Assembly (NCBI GenBank): GCA_964016885.1
Contig: OZ024740.1
Span: forward strand, 169,508,001-169,572,000
DNA: 64,000 nucleotides
Direction: 5' to 3'
DNA from: Eledone cirrhosa
Lineage: Eukaryota
Shown here: one piece after another, positions 58,727 to 64,000 of the stretch
Numbering within the stretch: position 1 is the first letter of the stretch
Layout: each line of letters opens with the position of its first letter
Made by a program: the position numbers and the translations under genes
Notes under the pieces: model-generated
Seen by the model: only the letters and a program-made list of their open reading frames with translations
Database searches by the model: none
What the model was told of the DNA's origin: nothing

Positions 58727-58935
58727 TTTTTTTTCAAAGAAATTTTTTGATAATCATAAAAGTTTAAATTTTGGGCATAAGGCCCCAATCTTTTTGGGTG
58801 TCCTTTTCGGAAAACAATGTATGTGCGCTTATATATAGTTAATAATAAAATTTTCCATAAATGGCAATTTTTAACAAACGGAAATAACAAACCTTTGCGG
58901 AGCTCACGATGATACGATTTACTACGTAGGTCGCC

Positions 58936-58991
<56 letters not shown>

Positions 58992-58993
<2 letters not shown>

Positions 58994-59229
58994 TCGCAGA
59001 TCTCAGGAAACCCGCGTATAGGAGAAATACAAAAGATAGTACTAATGGGAACTGCCCATATACTAAGGAAGATTCTGTCAATATAAGTACATCACAAGTC
59101 TAAACACTAAAGATGCATGTGTGAGTATGTATGTTCTTCCTTGAACATGGCGGACCTTGTTGTCTCTTGAGGTCACTGGTTGTGACTTGGTGATAACTCG
59201 TATGAACATAAAGCAAGATAAATGCAACT

Positions 59230-59270
<41 letters not shown>
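58992..59270 (+). mobile_element. 5'-truncated R4/Dong 3' end followed by (TAA)n
   Basis: Near-identical to 63128-63356. Confidence 0.85.
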
Positions 59271-63467
<4,197 letters not shown>

Positions 63468-63633
63468 GGGAAGAAGACGCACGAGGTGACGGAGGTCATG
63501 AAATCGCTCCCGTAAGTTTTGAATTTTTAACATATTTAAATCATTTGTGAAATAACAACTCTTAGTACAAATGCTACGTAAAGCACCCGGCTTGAGCCCC
63601 AAAAAAATTCGGACCCAAAATATATTGTTATAA

Positions 63634-64000
63634 GGCTCAAATATTCAAATATTCAACTTTGTATTGTACACTGTATATCCAAAAAAATGGCTATAAATGG
63701 AAGAAGAAGAACCCCCCCCCCCCTCCTCTCCTCTGGCTACACTATATAGGACAGCTAAACTCACCAACACCAGAAACTAGATACACCACCCACCCCATCA
63801 TCTGTGTACACTAAACACAACAGCATTTTCACCTTCACCGCCACCGCTCACTACGGCCATCATTACCACCACTATCCCATCACCGCCGCCACCACCCCTT
63901 GACTCCTTCACTGCTGCTGCCACCGCTACAGCACCATCACTACAGTAATACGGCTCAAATATTCAAATATTCAACTTTGTATTGTACACTGTATATCCAA
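63634..64000. repeat. Short direct repeat (~63634-63682 and ~63952-64000), runs off the window
   Basis: GGCTCAAATATTCAAATATTCAACTTTGTATTGTACACTGTATATCCAA occurs twice. Confidence 0.7.

Larger units (their letters stand above)
53040..58935 (-). mobile_element. Near full-length Tx1/L1-clade LINE flanked on both sides by (TAA)n
   Basis: 5' UTR, ORF1, ORF2 (APE+RT) and 3' UTR; (TAA)n at 53021-53039 and 58936-58992. Confidence 0.9.

Overview
Repeat-dense eukaryotic (animal) genomic DNA. The tRNA-derived SINE family and the very high (TA)n/(CA)n/(TAA)n microsatellite content suggest an octopod cephalopod (inference). Host gene: the 3' part of a plus-strand gene made of four near-identical 120-nt phase-1/phase-1 exons (8384, 13179, 14419, 35010), each encoding a 40-aa Thr/Ser-rich mucin-like unit, followed by a phase-compatible terminal exon (44984-45210) encoding a Cys-rich PAN/Apple-like domain. 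Its 5' exons were not found in the window. Transposable elements: a decayed hATm-like DNA transposon, a decayed Helitron Rep/Pif1, several Penelope-like (PLE) RT/GIY-YIG fragments, a CRE-like fragment, Tx1/L1-clade LINEs (one near full length), an R4/Dong-clade LINE, a Tc1 relic and SINEs. The most notable non-coding signal is about a dozen minimal type-I hammerhead ribozyme (HHR) motifs with palindromic stem III. They sit in short direct-repeat and fold-back elements inside (TA)n arrays. One retrozyme-like unit (43147-43985) has two identical HHRs 595 nt apart carrying a compensatory U3-A8 core variant. All calls are by eye; no database searches or folding were run.
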